Below are positions 39,395-54,371 of a stretch of DNA of 64,000 bases, piece after piece (the first letter of the stretch is position 1; each line of letters starts with the position of its first letter). This DNA comes from Eledone cirrhosa. Taxonomy: Eukaryota. Both the position numbers and the translations under genes were made by a program. Where the stretch lies: positions 192,634,001 to 192,698,000 of the forward strand of contig OZ024742.1 in the NCBI GenBank assembly GCA_964016885.1, given 5' to 3'. The notes under the pieces were generated by a model. The model made no database searches and was not told the origin of the DNA. It worked only from the letters and a program-made list of their open reading frames with translations.

Positions 39395-39750
39395 TCTAGG
39401 GCGGGTAAAATTCCCGAGATCCATGGACGAGTTCTCTCCAGCGGTCTCTGTCCCTCATTATCGCTGCCATGTCCTGCGTCTCCAACAGACCAGTGTCTGT
39501 CCTTAGGGCATCAATGTATATTAACCTTGGTCTTCCTCTTCTAGTGTGTCCATGTAGGGGCTCCTACAGGAGTGCAATGTCAACTCTGGATGTCGGTGAG
39601 CATGTCCAGCTAACGTCAGTCTCCTCTGTGTCACTTTTGAGCTGACTTTTGGGAGGCTCCCATACAGCTCTGAGCTTTCGTCCTCAGTGTATACTGATTA
39701 ATGTTCAGAGCCATCCTCAGCATTCTCGTGTAGCACCCATCCACCATCTT
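39395..39750 (-). mobile_element. RTE-X-like LINE 3' fragment
   Basis: DGCYTRMLRMALNI..ELYGSLPKVSSKVTQRRLTLAGHAHRH..RGRPRLIYIDAL..MRDRDRWR. Confidence 0.8.
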
Positions 39751-40028
39751 TTATATACATATAATTTGCAAACCAGGCTCATCAGTCAATGTATATTCCA
39801 GAAAATATCACATATTTTGACTAGCTGACAGTTGGCAGGTTAACAGTCAACGGTACCGATGAAGGGTAATAACCCAGAAACATTAGTTTCTGCCGTTCTG
39901 TTTATATGCCAACACGAGAGCAAGAATGACGAGGTTATTCTACTCACATGGCTTAAGTGGCTGTTTGCATAGTTGCAAACGAATCGAACATTCTTATTAA
40001 TATTCGGAAAACTCAGATTTACATTTCC

Positions 40029-40069
<41 letters not shown>

Positions 40070-40162
40070 ATGTATGTATGCATGCATACATACAAACATA
40101 CATACATACATGCATGCATACATACATCCATACATGCATACATACATACATGCATGCCTGCA

Positions 40163-40785
40163 TGCAAGCATAACAGGCCAGATATAATGTGCAATCATAC
40201 GAGAGCAGATATAATTATATGGGACAGGGAAAAGAAGGCATGCACACTAGTGGAAGTTAGCTGCCCTGCAGATGCCAATATAATATCAAAGATTATGGAC
40301 AAAGAGAATATCTATGCAGAACTAATGAGAAATCAACAGCTACTCCACCCTGATTATACTTTCAGATTTATGCCTGTGATTATTGGGGCACTGGAATATG
40401 TTAGTAACTGCCTCAATACAAATATTGAGAGCCCGGGCTTCACAGAAACAGAAAGAACATGATAAGTTAGGAAATTACAAGTACAATCCATTAAAAGAAC
40501 AGTAAAAATATATATGTAAAACATTCCAAAACTTCTGCATCTAATAACTGCATGTACCCATATACTGATACAAAGCATATGCACATGCACTTACATAACT
40601 CAAAACGTCCACATCAACACATACAATAACATCCATATCTGCACAAATATGCTTGCATGCAGATATGCATACATATCTACCTAGTTGATGTTGTGTAAAT
40701 TCCAATGTGAACGTCTCGTATCTAGGTTAGGAACCGACTCTCCCTCTATTGGTAAACATTTATAAAATTATAAAACCAGAATATA
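40163..40785 (+). mobile_element. R4/Dong-clade LINE 3' fragment (RLE endonuclease)
   Basis: HNRPDI..WDREKKACTLVEVSCP..KENIYAEL..PVIIGAL; (CATA)n flanks. Confidence 0.85.
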
Positions 40786-40801
40786 CATACATACATACGT
40801 G

Positions 40802-41135
40802 ATGGCTGCCCCCTCGTTATCGAGTATGATCATTGGAGGATATAACATTATTAATAATTATCAATTAAAGCTATTGTGCAATGCCTGTGCGTGAATATTT
40901 TTTTAAAGCGAGGAAAGACTGTGCACTGAGCCAATACCACTCTCTGAGCAACAGTCGCTATAACCCGAAAAGAAGAAAAGGTCAACACCATCGGTAACTA
41001 GTGAACGGTAGGTTTTATGTGGGAGTTATCCCAGTTTCCTGAGTTGCCTTCTCTTAGAAGAATGCCCTGACAAATGTTAGTGGTCCTTCCCTCCCAGTGG
41101 TTTAACTGCGCGATTGGGTATCCAGCCAGTTTATT
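40802..41135 (-). mobile_element. Non-autonomous RTE-derived element (5' UTR-like sequence)
   Basis: Homologous to 63355-63630 and 53500-53700 (cta.gagaagg motif). Confidence 0.65.
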
Positions 41136-41178
41136 TCTATACCTCCGCGCATATACATACACGTGCATATATATCTAT

Positions 41179-41236
<58 letters not shown>

Positions 41237-41481
41237 ACATGCATACATGTTTATACATATTTACACATTTTTGGATGGCCGTTGACTCTTATGAGTTCTT
41301 CCGCCCTTTTGTCAGGCTTTGTTTTTTGTCCTGCAGGGTATCCAAAATCACCTTCCTCACCAAGTAAACTGGGTGGGGTTGCCGGTTTAGTCGCCAACGA
41401 CCCAACCATGTGACAGGTTGTACTGGGTTACATGTTACCAGTGGCACTCAAGAGTGACTCGACATAACATACATACATACA

Positions 41482-41512
<31 letters not shown>

Positions 41513-41719
41513 GTAGTTGGAAATGTTTAGGCACGAGGCCAGACATTTTGGGAAAGCGGAAAGTCAAGTGACTTAATCCCAGTGGGTTACTGATATTTTA
41601 CTTGATTGACTCCGTAAGGGTGAAAGTCAAAGCTAATCTCGGGGGTATTAGAAATAAAAAAAAAACTGCAAACCATTTTGTGCCACGGTCTGTCCATCCA
41701 TATTTCATATATATAATAA

Positions 41720-41900
41720 TTGTTTCTATTTTTGGCACAAGGCCAGCAACTAACCCAATGCATTACTGGTGCTTTATTTTATTGACCCCGTAAGGATGAA
41801 AGGCAAAGTTAACCTCGACAGGATTTGAACTCAGACCGTAAAGGGATGTAACTCTATACTGCAAAGCATGGCGTCCGACCCCCTACCGAAACTGCCAATC
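41720..41900 (-). mobile_element. Meta-domain SINE
   Basis: gaccccgtaaggatgaaaggcaaagttaacctcg...tttgaactcag. Confidence 0.85.
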
Positions 41901-43794
41901 TACATGTATATAATAATACCTAACATTGTTGCAATGCAGCCAGTTATTGGTGGGTCGGATGGGGTATGGTGGGATGCATAAGGGCGTGCTTCAGGGCATG
42001 AACAGTTAAGTATATTGGTCTCAGTAGTTGTGTGTTACTTAAATGTCTTGACTTCTGAAGAAGATAATTCAAAGTGAAATATGGTGAGTTTATTTCCTAT
42101 GGTTTAGATCAATTATGAGCAAAGTGCCGCCCGTCTGGCATCTGAATGTCACGCTTGATTTCAAAATTGACTTGAACTTTTTATTAGTGGGGCTCGTCCA
42201 CTGATCAACCACATTTTATGCAGCTTACTGCTCGAAAGAGGTTGCCCATGTCTGGTTTCAATTTATGGTCGTATATTCTCTATAGCTGTTTTGCATCATA
42301 TAATTGAGTGAAGCCCCGTGGAGTAGACATTAGTGGGGTTGACTTGCGATCGTAAAATCGTACGTTCCATTATGGCCGTGCACTTTGTTCTTGGGCAAAA
42401 CACATTAATTCATGTTGCTCCAGTATACTCAACTGGCAATACCGAGTTGTATATGTAATTCAAAGGACCAGCTTTTTCACGTAGTCTTCCGCTTAATTTC
42501 CCTAAGACATACGTTTAAGTTGTAGATATCTGTGGAATATTCAGCCAGTTATTCTAGGAGCTGGCATTTCTGATGATTTATGATGATTGAACAACTGCTG
42601 CAGCACTCGTCGTCGGGCTTGATTGATAGAGATCGAACTTTGAGCTGATCAATTGTGAAATATGCGTCACACCTGAATAAATTTAATGAAAATTTGAGAC
42701 CTCGTCCATACTTCTTATTAATATTACACTCTGCTTAGTACAACCCTCGAGACATACTGGAATCTACGCATCGACTGCTCACATTGGTTACCCAACAGTA
42801 ACTTGACGTTACAATCCCTAAACTACATATACATATATATATATATTTCTACATATCCAAAAGAAAATATATCATACTTATATAAGATTGTCAACAATGA
42901 TTTGGGAGAAAGAAAATGAACTTTGCTTTTACAGTATATTGATTTTAATAGTATATGATTCGTATTGATTGATTTACGTACAATCTTATACATTTTCTTA
43001 AGCTTCTTACATTTTCTGAACATATTCAAGCCGTCTTCCTGTCCTTTATGAAATTCGTGCCTCATTTCAAAACCCTGTTACTTCACTACCAAATAGAAAT
43101 TCTTTCTTTGATGAGAATGAAATATTTATATAAGAACTATTTCTTCCTCTTCATTATTCCCAAAGATGAAATATAATTTTTCACATAGAAACATATGGTT
43201 ATGATTTATATGAATGCTATAGGAAAATTCATAAGGATAGTTCTGCGTGAAAAACATATAGATGTGTGTAGTGGGGGATTAAATACGAATCAAATATGAA
43301 ACTTCTTAAGATTGCCTTTTGCATGGAAACATGCAGTTAAAATATATGTGTGTGAATATGTGTGTGTGTGAATGTGTGTGAATATGTATATGTTAATGTG
43401 TGTGTGTGAGAGAGCCGGGGGGGGGGGATTACAAAGGAAAGAAATAGTAAAATGTCTAAGGGTGATTTCTGTATGGAAAATATATTACTCTAGGGGAGTG
43501 CATTGTGCGCTAAGATACTAAATCTAGTAAGCGCCCAAAGCTGATTGATTGTGTGATTTCTAATATTGTCGATGATGTTATTATATTCAGACAAGTGACA
43601 TCAGGCGGTTCTGGATTCTGTTTTAAGGTTAATGGTGGAGTAAAATGTGTAGCTGGTGATATGGATAAACATGTTGATTAGCCGAACAGTGTTGACTACG
43701 ACATCTATTCATTTCCTATGGTATGTGAGATTGCGTTACTCTGAGGCTGGTCAACATAAACTTTGTCATATATTCACCGGGATTGTGGGGTGGC

Positions 43795-44215
43795 CAGCAC
43801 GTGCGACCCCATTTGCTCACTATACAGAAAGATGGGGAAAGTGAGAGAGATGGGGGCGATGACGTTGGGAGTTCGGCTGTTCCATGTTCGGACACATTGC
43901 ACCTGTCAAGAGTGTATTTTCATATATATATGACAACTGTCAGCAAGACTATCTAGTTTCATGCTCTAGTTAGATTAATATGGGTGACAGTAGTTTACGA
44001 AGTTACAGATTCATATTTGTAAAACACCCAAATAGACGATGTATCTATGTGTCTATATACAGTACGTATGAATGTATATATGTATGTATGCTTAATGAAC
44101 ACAACCACAAGGATATGGTCCGAACGTGGAATAGCCGAGCTCCCACTGTCATCACCTCCATCACTCTCACCCTCCCCATTTCTCTGTATGGTGAGCAAAT
44201 GGGGTCCCACAGTTG
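43795..44215. mobile_element. Old MITE/fold-back with ~100-bp imperfect inverted repeats
   Basis: gaccccatttgctcac...ttccatgttcggac vs gtccgaacgtggaat...gtgagcaaatggggtc. Confidence 0.7.
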
Positions 44216-45554
44216 TTTAGCGATTAAGCGAGTTAATGTGTTGATGTGGGAGATTATAGGTCTGAGAGAGATATTTTGTTTGCACCTTTTCACGGTTGAG
44301 TTGACTGGACAGCTATTAGACAACGGGTTATGCGGAGTTTCTGACTGAGGCAATGTTCACAGATTTCGGATCGAACTCTGCATGATAGTTCTCTGTATTT
44401 GATTGTCTACCTGATGTTTCTGCTCATTCTTACATGTTTTTAATTTCTAAATGGCTGACGATAGTGATGTAGGTTTTCCAAGGTGGTAGTAGCAAAAAGG
44501 TTAAATGTAATAATTCGGTTCATGAAAACAGATGTTAAAAAGATTTGTATTCGGTGTTCAGCAATTTAGTACTTACACATATAAACACACATAGATATAT
44601 ATCCGTATATAATACAGATATATCTAGTCGTAGGTGGTGAATTGTCAGAATCGTTAGAACGTTGGATAGAATGCTTTGTGGTATTAGTTCTGTCTTTCTG
44701 CTCTCTGAAATCAAATCTCGCCGAAGTCAACTTTGCCATTCTTTCTTTCGAGGTCGATAAAAAAAGAACCATTCAAGTACTTAAAGGGACTAAGAACAGC
44801 CGTATGTCACTATAGTACTCTTCCGACTCCCTCACAAGTTATGGGATTAAAACCAGAAACCAAAATATCTAGTCTTATGTTTATATTTCATTTGCAGAAA
44901 CGCATGTAAAACAAATAAAATTATTTTGAATTATGTTTGAACACTCGGTTTCATTGTTTATGTGCCCTGTCTTGTGCAATATCCTGTTTTTTTTTTACAC
45001 AATTGAGCTTGTAAATTCCTTCAGCATATTACTCTTATTATGTATGTGTGTATAATTACTCTTATCGTGTGTGTGTGTGTGTGTGTGAATATGTGAAGAA
45101 GTGTGGGTATAGAAAATCCTGTTCATTTACAGAGATTTTCACATATTCAAAGCAATTTAACACCATGTCAAATAAACACCAACGTTTACATTTTTTAAAG
45201 ATATGTTTCAAAATACTATACGTAATAATATATAAAACTCTAAAATACAATTAACAAATGATCGCTGCGTTATAAAATTTCTACGTTGTCTTTTAAAAAT
45301 CTTACAATGCTTTCTTCTGTTGTATACATTTATACAAAACATTTCTTCTTTCAGCTACAATGTAATTTAAATAGATTATGTTTTAAACAATAAATATCAG
45401 ATAATGTTCTATAGTTACATTATCTTAATATCTATTGGCCATCATTAGTAACATATTTATGTGTTTAACAACTTAAATGTTTAAATGACGCTCTCATAAA
45501 AATTTAATTGTGCCTGTCGAAGTATTAACCTTGTTATGGTAATGTGTGATATGG

Positions 45555-45652
<98 letters not shown>

Positions 45653-45732
45653 TATATATATTTATATTTATATTCATATATATGTATACATATATACATA
45701 TATATAAATATAAATATAAATATAAATATATA

Positions 45733-45945
45733 TATGTGCGTGTGCGTGTGCGTGTGTGAGAGTGTGTGTTGTGTGAGTGTTAATGTGTGATTTAAATGAA
45801 TATATATGTGTGTGTGCGTGTGCGTGTGTGAGAGTGTGTGTTGTGTGAGTGTTAATGTGTGATTTAAATGAATATATATGTGTGTGTGCGTGTGCGTGTG
45901 TGAGAGTGTGTGTTGTGTGAGTGTTAAATTGTGATTTAAATGAAT
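45733..45945. repeat. 3 x ~72-bp minisatellite
   Basis: ...gagagtgtgtgttgtgtgagtgttaatgtgtgatttaaatgaata repeated. Confidence 0.9.
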
Positions 45946-46254
45946 AAATATATATATATATATATATATATATCTTCCATCTATTTACCGTATATGTTAT
46001 TTAATACATGCACACTATGTGTGTGTGTGTGTCTGTTAGAACTTCGTCGGCACCGTTATGAGTGTTCCAACTGCTTGGACATCGGAATAACCTGTTCATA
46101 AAATTTACATACGAGTCCCTGAGCATTCCATCACACATTTACATATATCGGAATTACCAGGGAGATTCATCATAATCATAATCATCATCAACAGCATCGT
46201 TATCACAATCACCATTATTATTAGTTTTATAATAAGGCATGTGGAGAATGCTTT

Positions 46255-46625
46255 GACGCATAGAGTTACGGCCCTTGCCATTCTGAGTTCAAATCCCGCC
46301 GAGGTTAACTTTGCCTTTCATCTTTATAGGGTCGATAAAATAAAGTACCAGTAATACACTGGGTAATTGCTGGCCTTGTGCCAAAAGTAGAAACAATTAT
46401 TAGTTTTATAATTATTATTTTTATTATTATCATCATTATTATTATGCGGTGAATTGGCAGTATCGGTGGAGCGTCAGAGACTATGCTTTGCAGCATAGTG
46501 ATACGACCCTTTATGGTCTGAGTTCAAATCCCGCCGAGGTTAACTTTGCCTTACGGGATCAATGAAATAAAGTACCAGTAATGCATTGGGTTAGTTACTG
46601 GCCTTATGCCAAAAGTAGAAACAAT
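46255..46625 (+). mobile_element. Two Meta-domain SINE copies, the second internally deleted
   Basis: ctgagttcaaatcccgccgaggttaactttgcctt occurs twice; tails ggccttgtgccaaaagtagaaacaat. Confidence 0.8.
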
Positions 46626-46639
46626 TAATATTTTGCGCT

Positions 46640-47135
46640 TTATCACTGCATTACCGAGCGCAACTCTGTGAGGCTTGGGTATGAGCAGTGAGGTTTTTTG
46701 TGGTGTTGTTTCTATTGTATTGAGTGCACTCTTCCTAATATGTGTGCAGTGTCTTATAGTGATATTTTCCGTATGCTGTGTATAATTGTAAGTCCTGGAG
46801 TTTTTGTTATGTATTTGTTCGTGTTTTTTTCTTTTATCATCCCAGAGCAACTTTTATTATAGGTATATTAGTTCTGTCTTCATCATCTACATTCGGGTTA
46901 TTTCTATTTCTAGATCTTTATATTTGGATAATTTCTCCATTTCCTTGGTAGATATATTGTCGTCTGTGGGGATTTACACATCTATTAGAAGGCATCTTTT
47001 CTCTTAGTCTTTGACTGCACCATACAGTGAGTTGGCTTTGATTTGTCTTTCTATATGTATTAGAATATCCCAGAGAATGGTTGCTTTGTCATTCTCTATA
47101 CCTCTTCAGGTGTATGTCTCTACCGTATTTTGTCT
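46640..47135 (-). mobile_element. Second, degenerate R4/Dong-type RLE 3' fragment
   Basis: ENDKATILWDI...CLLIDV*IPTDDNISTKEMEKLSKYKDLEIEITRM. Confidence 0.75.
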
Positions 47136-47158
47136 CCTCTACCTTCTGTGACCTCTCC

Positions 47159-47203
47159 AGTCACTGAAGAAGTCACATAATGTGTCACGAAAGAACTTTG
47201 ACA
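47159..47203 (+). ncRNA. Minimal type I HHR, family C second copy
   Basis: GTCA-CTGAAGA-A-GTCACATAATGTGTCAC-GAAA-GAACTT-TGAC. Confidence 0.65.
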
Positions 47204-47254
47204 ATATATGAACAACCGTCCGGTCGTGGAACCAACCAAGCAACCGGAAATTTA

Positions 47255-47285
<31 letters not shown>

Positions 47286-47520
47286 TATTGTTTTAATTTA
47301 TAATAAATTGGAGTGAAAGCAACTGGTGCGTGTGTTTCTTATTGGCAACATGACCCTCCCAAAGTATAACAATATCGGTTTCAACGCACGTTTTCAAATA
47401 AAGAATCTGGCTAAACAAATTCAGAAACGAAATATATATGTATATATACGGAAAATATATACACCTACATCAGCTCATATATGCATACATACACTGATAT
47501 TTACATATATAAGCACACGT

Positions 47521-47565
<45 letters not shown>

Positions 47566-47676
47566 GACACACACACACAAACTATATATATATGTATATA
47601 TATATATATATATTTATTTATTTATACATATATATACACATGCATGTGTGGGTGTGCGTGTGGGTGTGTGTATATT

Positions 47677-47766
<90 letters not shown>

Positions 47767-47792
47767 CATACATAAATACATTCATACATACA

Positions 47793-48910
47793 TAAGATAC
47801 TCCTTGCACGATAATCAAAAGCTCACACCGAGGGAAATTGTTCAGCAATACCGCAGAGAATCCTTGGATGAAAAACTGCATGCTTATCAGAAAAAAAGTC
47901 ATGCATGGATATGTTGCCAGGAGGCTCCAGAGTGAAAGTAATATAGATAAGAAAAGTAGTCTACCTTAGACCAACAACCGCTATATTGGCTCCCACTTTG
48001 AAGGATATACTTTTGCAATCCAAGAACAAGAAATCAACACAAAATACCTGATTCACAAAAGAGATAGGGATGCAGTCAAAACACCTAAATGTGACAACAA
48101 ATGCATATTCTCAGAATTAACATCAAAGATGTCACCCATGTCTTAAGCAGCTGCCCAAATATGTCATCGCGGTACTATCTACTTTTGAGGCATGGAGTAG
48201 TGGCCAAAACACTGTATAATGCAATTCGTAAAAATGATAGCTCCGACAATAAACACATTAAAAGTTACAGCAATGGGGAAGAGATATATATACATACATA
48301 ATATGAAAGGTTGCTGGTGGAATGTTTCAGTCAAAACCCCAATCAAACATAACAGACCAGATTTAATGATATGGGACAGGGAAAAAATGCATGCACAGTA
48401 GTGGAAGTTAGCTGCCCAGCAGATGCCAATATAATATCCAAAATTAAGGAAACAGAGAATATCTATGCAGAACTAATAAGACATTTGCAGATACTCCACC
48501 CTGACTATACCTTCAGATTTATACCTGTGATTATTGGGGTACTGGGCTATGTTAGTAAATGCCTCAGTACAAATCTTGAGAAGCTAAGCTTCATAGAAAC
48601 AGAGAGAACACAACTAGTTAGGGAATTACAAGTACAATCCGTTAATGGAACAGTAATAATATGTAAAAGATTCCAAAACGTCTGCATCTAATAACCGCAT
48701 ATACACATACACATGTACACATATAACTCAAAACATGCATATCCACACATACATTAACATCCGTATCTTCACACACATGCATGTATGCAGACATTCATAC
48801 ATATCTACCTAGTTGATGTTGTGAGAGAGTCTTGTATCTATGTTAGAAACCTACTCTCTCTCTCTCTCTATTGCTAAATATTTATAAGATTTATAGAACC
48901 AGAAGAACAT
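47793..48910 (+). mobile_element. R4/Dong-clade LINE 3' fragment (CCHC knuckle + RLE)
   Basis: FAIQEQEINTKY, VTHVLSSCP..YYLLRHGVVAK, HNRPDL, VEVSCP; (CATA)n flanks. Confidence 0.87.
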
Positions 48911-49879
48911 ACATACATATATAGTCACCACCATACATATGACTATCAACATAGTTGGGATACTTTTACATACATATTATATACAAAGTAAGTATAAAAA
49001 TTACTATAAAAGAACATATTTATAAATACTTAACATTTAAAAACTCAATAATCATCTGTCGTTATTAAGCGCCGTTTTAAAATAAAACAGAAAAGGATAA
49101 AGTACTCTATATAGAAATATGAAAAATGTTGCACATTAGTAAATCATGAAAATGGAAAGTATATACTACAAGCCATTAACAAATTAAAAAGTAAAAAAAA
49201 TTACAAAATTTAAATAATCAAAATATATACCATAAATTTCAAAAAGTTAAAAATTATATTAAAAAAATACTATAAAATACATTCATTGTTAAAGATCTAA
49301 GATTAATGTAGAGAAGACATATTTTGAAAGAATACAATTATATGAATAACATAGAGAAAGATAAATAAAATGAAGTGTTGATTAAGTTTTCATTTAAAAT
49401 GAAAATAAATTTACTGTATGTCAGGTCATAGACCTTATTAAATAAAGTGTACGGTGATTTATGCAGAAATATAAAATTACCTCATTGTTCCTCTACAGTA
49501 ATTTAGATCTAGGCATGGCAATTTTAAACATTTCCGCTAAACATAGGTTACATTCACCTCAGCCCTCTTTTATAGTTTTGTTGTGTTAGGTTACAGATTT
49601 ATCTAAATTCCAGATGAAATGTGTGAAGAGGAACTTTTAATATTTTCATTCTTAAAAACTGTAAATGCGAATAGTATTGTGATTAAAGTAGTTAGACGTA
49701 GCGCAAATATAGAGGTACAGATGTGAATTAACGGCCATCCAATTGTGTGTACAATGGCAATCCAATAGTGTGTATATTTAAAGACTTCAAAAGATCAATC
49801 TAATGATAAGGTGGAATCAAATTCTAAACTTTATAAGTTAAGAAATATATTATATCTATTAATAACTAAATTATTAATT

Positions 49880-50290
49880 CCGTTTGTAATTGTAGGGACC
49901 CAGATACACTTAATGGTCAATGTCTTAGATACAATTTCGCAGATCGGCACAAGAGACCGGATCTGTGAACCTCGTAAAGCTGTCAGCTTCATCAAGAGAA
50001 CGCCCCTGGTAATCTCTTGAAGATGATCCAAGGTTTAGAGGCAAATAAAGACATTTCACTCATTCACCAGCTGTAGGTACTTCTTGAAGTATGGTTCCTT
50101 CTTTTTTCTTGTGGTTTACAAAAATAAAGATGCCACAGAAAAACCTCCAATTTCAGATCCAGCAGGGCATGCGGACTACGACGGAAGAGCAGGAAAACAT
50201 TTCGAAAGAAGCACTGCAGACATAGTTTGAACGAGGAATGTATCGCTGGGTTAAATGCGTAGAAACACAAGGGCTCTACTACAAAGCGTT
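49880..50290 (+). pseudogene. Degenerate mariner transposase C-terminal half
   Basis: RHKRPDL*...QLHQENAPG (cf. LHHDNAPAH) and KIKMP...ISKEALQT*FERGMYRWVKCVETQGLYY. Confidence 0.7.
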
Positions 50291-50580
50291 TTCATAATAG
50301 AACTTCATTAAGTAAGTAATATTTCCCCGCCTAAGGGTGGATAAGGTCTTAACTGACATTGTAAGTTTTATAATTTCAGACTCAATAATAATATCATCTT
50401 GGTTTTGTCATGAATTTCATGAACAATTCTTAATTAAAAATTCTTGATACAACAATTGTAATATTTAGAATTGGTGTCTTGGGAATGCTCTCATATATGT
50501 GTATGTGCGAGTGCGCGTGTGTGTGAGGTATGTGTGTGTCATATATATTTATATATATACATATATATATACATATATAC

Positions 50581-50670
<90 letters not shown>

Positions 50671-51277
50671 CATAAAACATGTCAATAGAATCACCAGATA
50701 AAATATATACCGTTTCCTCTCCCAATTAGCATAATTAACCATATAAAAAATCGATTAAACCAGGCTAAAAGAATAAAGGCTTCTATGAAGAAATCTCCGA
50801 CAAATACCGAAAGCAGCCCTTCGCGTCTGAAAGTATATACTTAAGAGTGAGAAATGAAATTTCGTTTCATTTTTTCCATTTATCGTTTTCGGTGCGCCCG
50901 GCCGATTAACTCACTCGATATGCAAATTAGGCTGCTCAGCCGTTAATATGCATAAAGAAAGTATATACTTTCAGATGTTCAATCATCCGGCAGGAAGGTT
51001 TACGGTGCTGACGATAGCTTAGAAGCTTGAAATTAGTACATCGTTCCTTTGTTAGTTTTGAACAAAAGGGCAACGATGGTTGCTAAACACTGTACGGCTA
51101 AATTCGGGATGTTTGTTTACAAACAAACCGAGCATTATAATAAATGCTCGGTAAATCCATACGTACATATATATATGTGTGCATGTATGTATATACATAC
51201 TACTGTACGTCTGTATACATATATGTATGTACGTGTACATACTTATATATCAAATATATAAGAACCCTAGAACAAAT

Positions 51278-51306
51278 CTCGGGCAACGCCGGGTCATTCT
51301 GCTAGT
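51278..51306 (+). mobile_element. Helitron 3' terminus (hairpin + CTAG|T)
   Basis: ctcgggcaacgccgggtcattctgctag|t; the body probably extends upstream, 5' end not defined. Confidence 0.65.
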
Positions 51307-51319
51307 ATATATATATATA

Positions 51320-51414
<95 letters not shown>

Positions 51415-51513
51415 TGTTTCTACTTTTGGCACAAGGCCAGCAATTACCCGTTAAGGGTGGAAGCAGCGATTCTTTGCTTAGACTTTAATCTATTATTTTA
51501 ATAAATAAATAAA

Positions 51514-51975
<462 letters not shown>

Positions 51976-52451
51976 AATAATATATATAACTTGAGCTTAG
52001 CGGAAACGTCTGGATACGACGTGGTAGGGTCGGAAAGTGCTCTACTACGGGAATAGGAGCTAGATAACGAAGATTTTAGTCCAGAATTAGCCGTCGAAAC
52101 GGCTTGAGCTCAGCCGTCGGGGGTCCTACTCGTTCTTATATATATATATATATATGTATGTATATGTGTATATGTGTGTATGTGTATGTGTGTGTGTGTG
52201 TGTATTCAAACAATCTTATTTAATTTACATACGAGCAATGTTTTCTCATGTCAGTGATATTATTCATTTAATACGTTGTATCAATCTTTTTTAATTAAGA
52301 ATTTCTCAAAAAAGCTAAAGTTGCATAATTAAATAAACAAAGGTAACTCAAAAATATATATAATATATTATATAACTCAGAATGCCTATTGTTATCTATA
52401 TGTTCATATGTGTGATTATTTAGGTTTTGATATATATATATATATATCTTC

Positions 52452-52668
52452 TAGTTTCAGAAGATCCCGTTAAGGGTGAAAGCAGCGATTCTTTGCTTAA
52501 ACTTTAATGTGTTATTTTAATAAATATTTGCTCAACGGTTCTTATATATTTGATATATATTTATCCTTTTCGAGCCCTCTTTGGATTTTGTTCTTCAAAT
52601 TTATTATTATTACTATATATATATATATATATATCTATATAGTAATAATGATAAATTTGAATAATAAT

Positions 52669-52726
<58 letters not shown>

Positions 52727-52823
52727 TTATTAAAATAACAGATTAAAGTTTAAGCAAAGAATCGCTGCTTTCACCCTTAACGGCATCTTCTGAAACTATT
52801 TTAGTCTTCAAATTTATTATTAT

Positions 52824-52830
<7 letters not shown>
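52452..52830. mobile_element. Family D element with an inverted partial copy
   Basis: tagtttcagaagatcccgttaagggtgaaagcagcg... and its reverse complement at 52725-52798. Confidence 0.8.
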
Positions 52831-52893
<63 letters not shown>

Positions 52894-53096
52894 TTCAAAT
52901 CTCAAATTTTAACTCTTCTTATTATTAATTTTTCTTAATATTAATCAACATTTGAAAAGATGGCTTTTGCAGACCCATCGAAACCGGTCATTTTTTATAC
53001 CCTTTATTCTTTCCTTACCTTATAAAATTATATGTTTTTTCACAAAAAAGTATTCTGTCTCTTATATATTCCATGTGCCATTACCAACCTCAATTT

Positions 53097-53129
<33 letters not shown>

Positions 53130-53131
53130 TT

Positions 53132-53490
53132 CGCTCGTGTTGGTGATGTGGGGTTGCATAGCCTTCAGGTAGTTCGGCATGCTGTCTATCGGCATCCTAC
53201 CAGATTTATCAGTGGATACACACACACTACCTCACCATCCCTTGTGCGCTGCTTGAGGCTAACTAAGCCTTCTCCAGGTTTCCTTCCAAATTTTGGGATT
53301 TCTGGTCTGCTTTGTCTCTTAGTGTATCGGTCTACTATTTGTCTAATTTTATTTCTAGCTATGGTGAACTGTGCCTCTGTTTCGTCATCTATTTGTTGTG
53401 GAATACAAACCCTTTTATTAAAAGGTAATTAAGTTGGATAAACTTTACTCATCTTATATGTTTTGTCAGCTGGGTTGAAGAATATATATA
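53132..53490 (-). mobile_element. PLE N-terminal fragment (DKG-like motif)
   Basis: GLVSLKQRTRDGEVVCVSTDKSGRMPIDSMPNYLKAM. Confidence 0.55.
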
Positions 53491-53896
53491 TGGGAGAGAT
53501 GACCCCTTAGCCTTTGTCAAAGCAGAATTCTAGGAGAAGGAAAACTCTGATATAACACCTGCAACCCTGATAGTATCCAATGATGTTGACTTGTTTTTCT
53601 TTTTGGTAAATATCATCTTGGTTAAGAGAGTGGGACTGGCTTTGTGCAGTGCCTTTGCTCACTATAAAAGCTTCACAGCACAGGCATTGCTTTATATCTG
53701 GAGATCTCTCTGCACTTGTCATCACATGGTACCATGGGCCCTGCACTATGTGTCAATAATTGTCACAGGTGTAGTGTTTGTACCAGAGTTTTCAAGTCGC
53801 TGGACTAAAAAGTCACACTCGTTCAGCGCACCGGTAGTGGTTCTCCTACATGGATATAAAGTAGTGGCCGTACTCGAAAACGAGTTGGCAGCCACC

Positions 53897-53929
<33 letters not shown>

Positions 53930-54252
53930 TGTATGTGTGTGAGCGTATGTGTGTGTAAATATATATATATATAATATAAATACATGAATATATATATATA
54001 TATATATATAAATATATATGAATGTGTGTATATGTAAATATCTACATATGTTTACATATATACACGTATCCTTATAGATGTATATGTGTTTGTGTAAAAT
54101 TCTATTAGTACATTACATTTTCTAACCGAATGATGCTGGTGCATATTTATATATACATATTTGTTTATATATGTTTATGTATGTTTATGTATGTATGGGA
54201 GAGAGAGAGAGAGAAAGAGAGGGGGGATAGAGAGATAGAGATAGATAGAGTT

Positions 54253-54371
<119 letters not shown>

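Noticed and set aside
41990-42255. Possible hAT MITE ending ggttgcccatgtctg
   Set aside because: Left TIR poor and no TSD.
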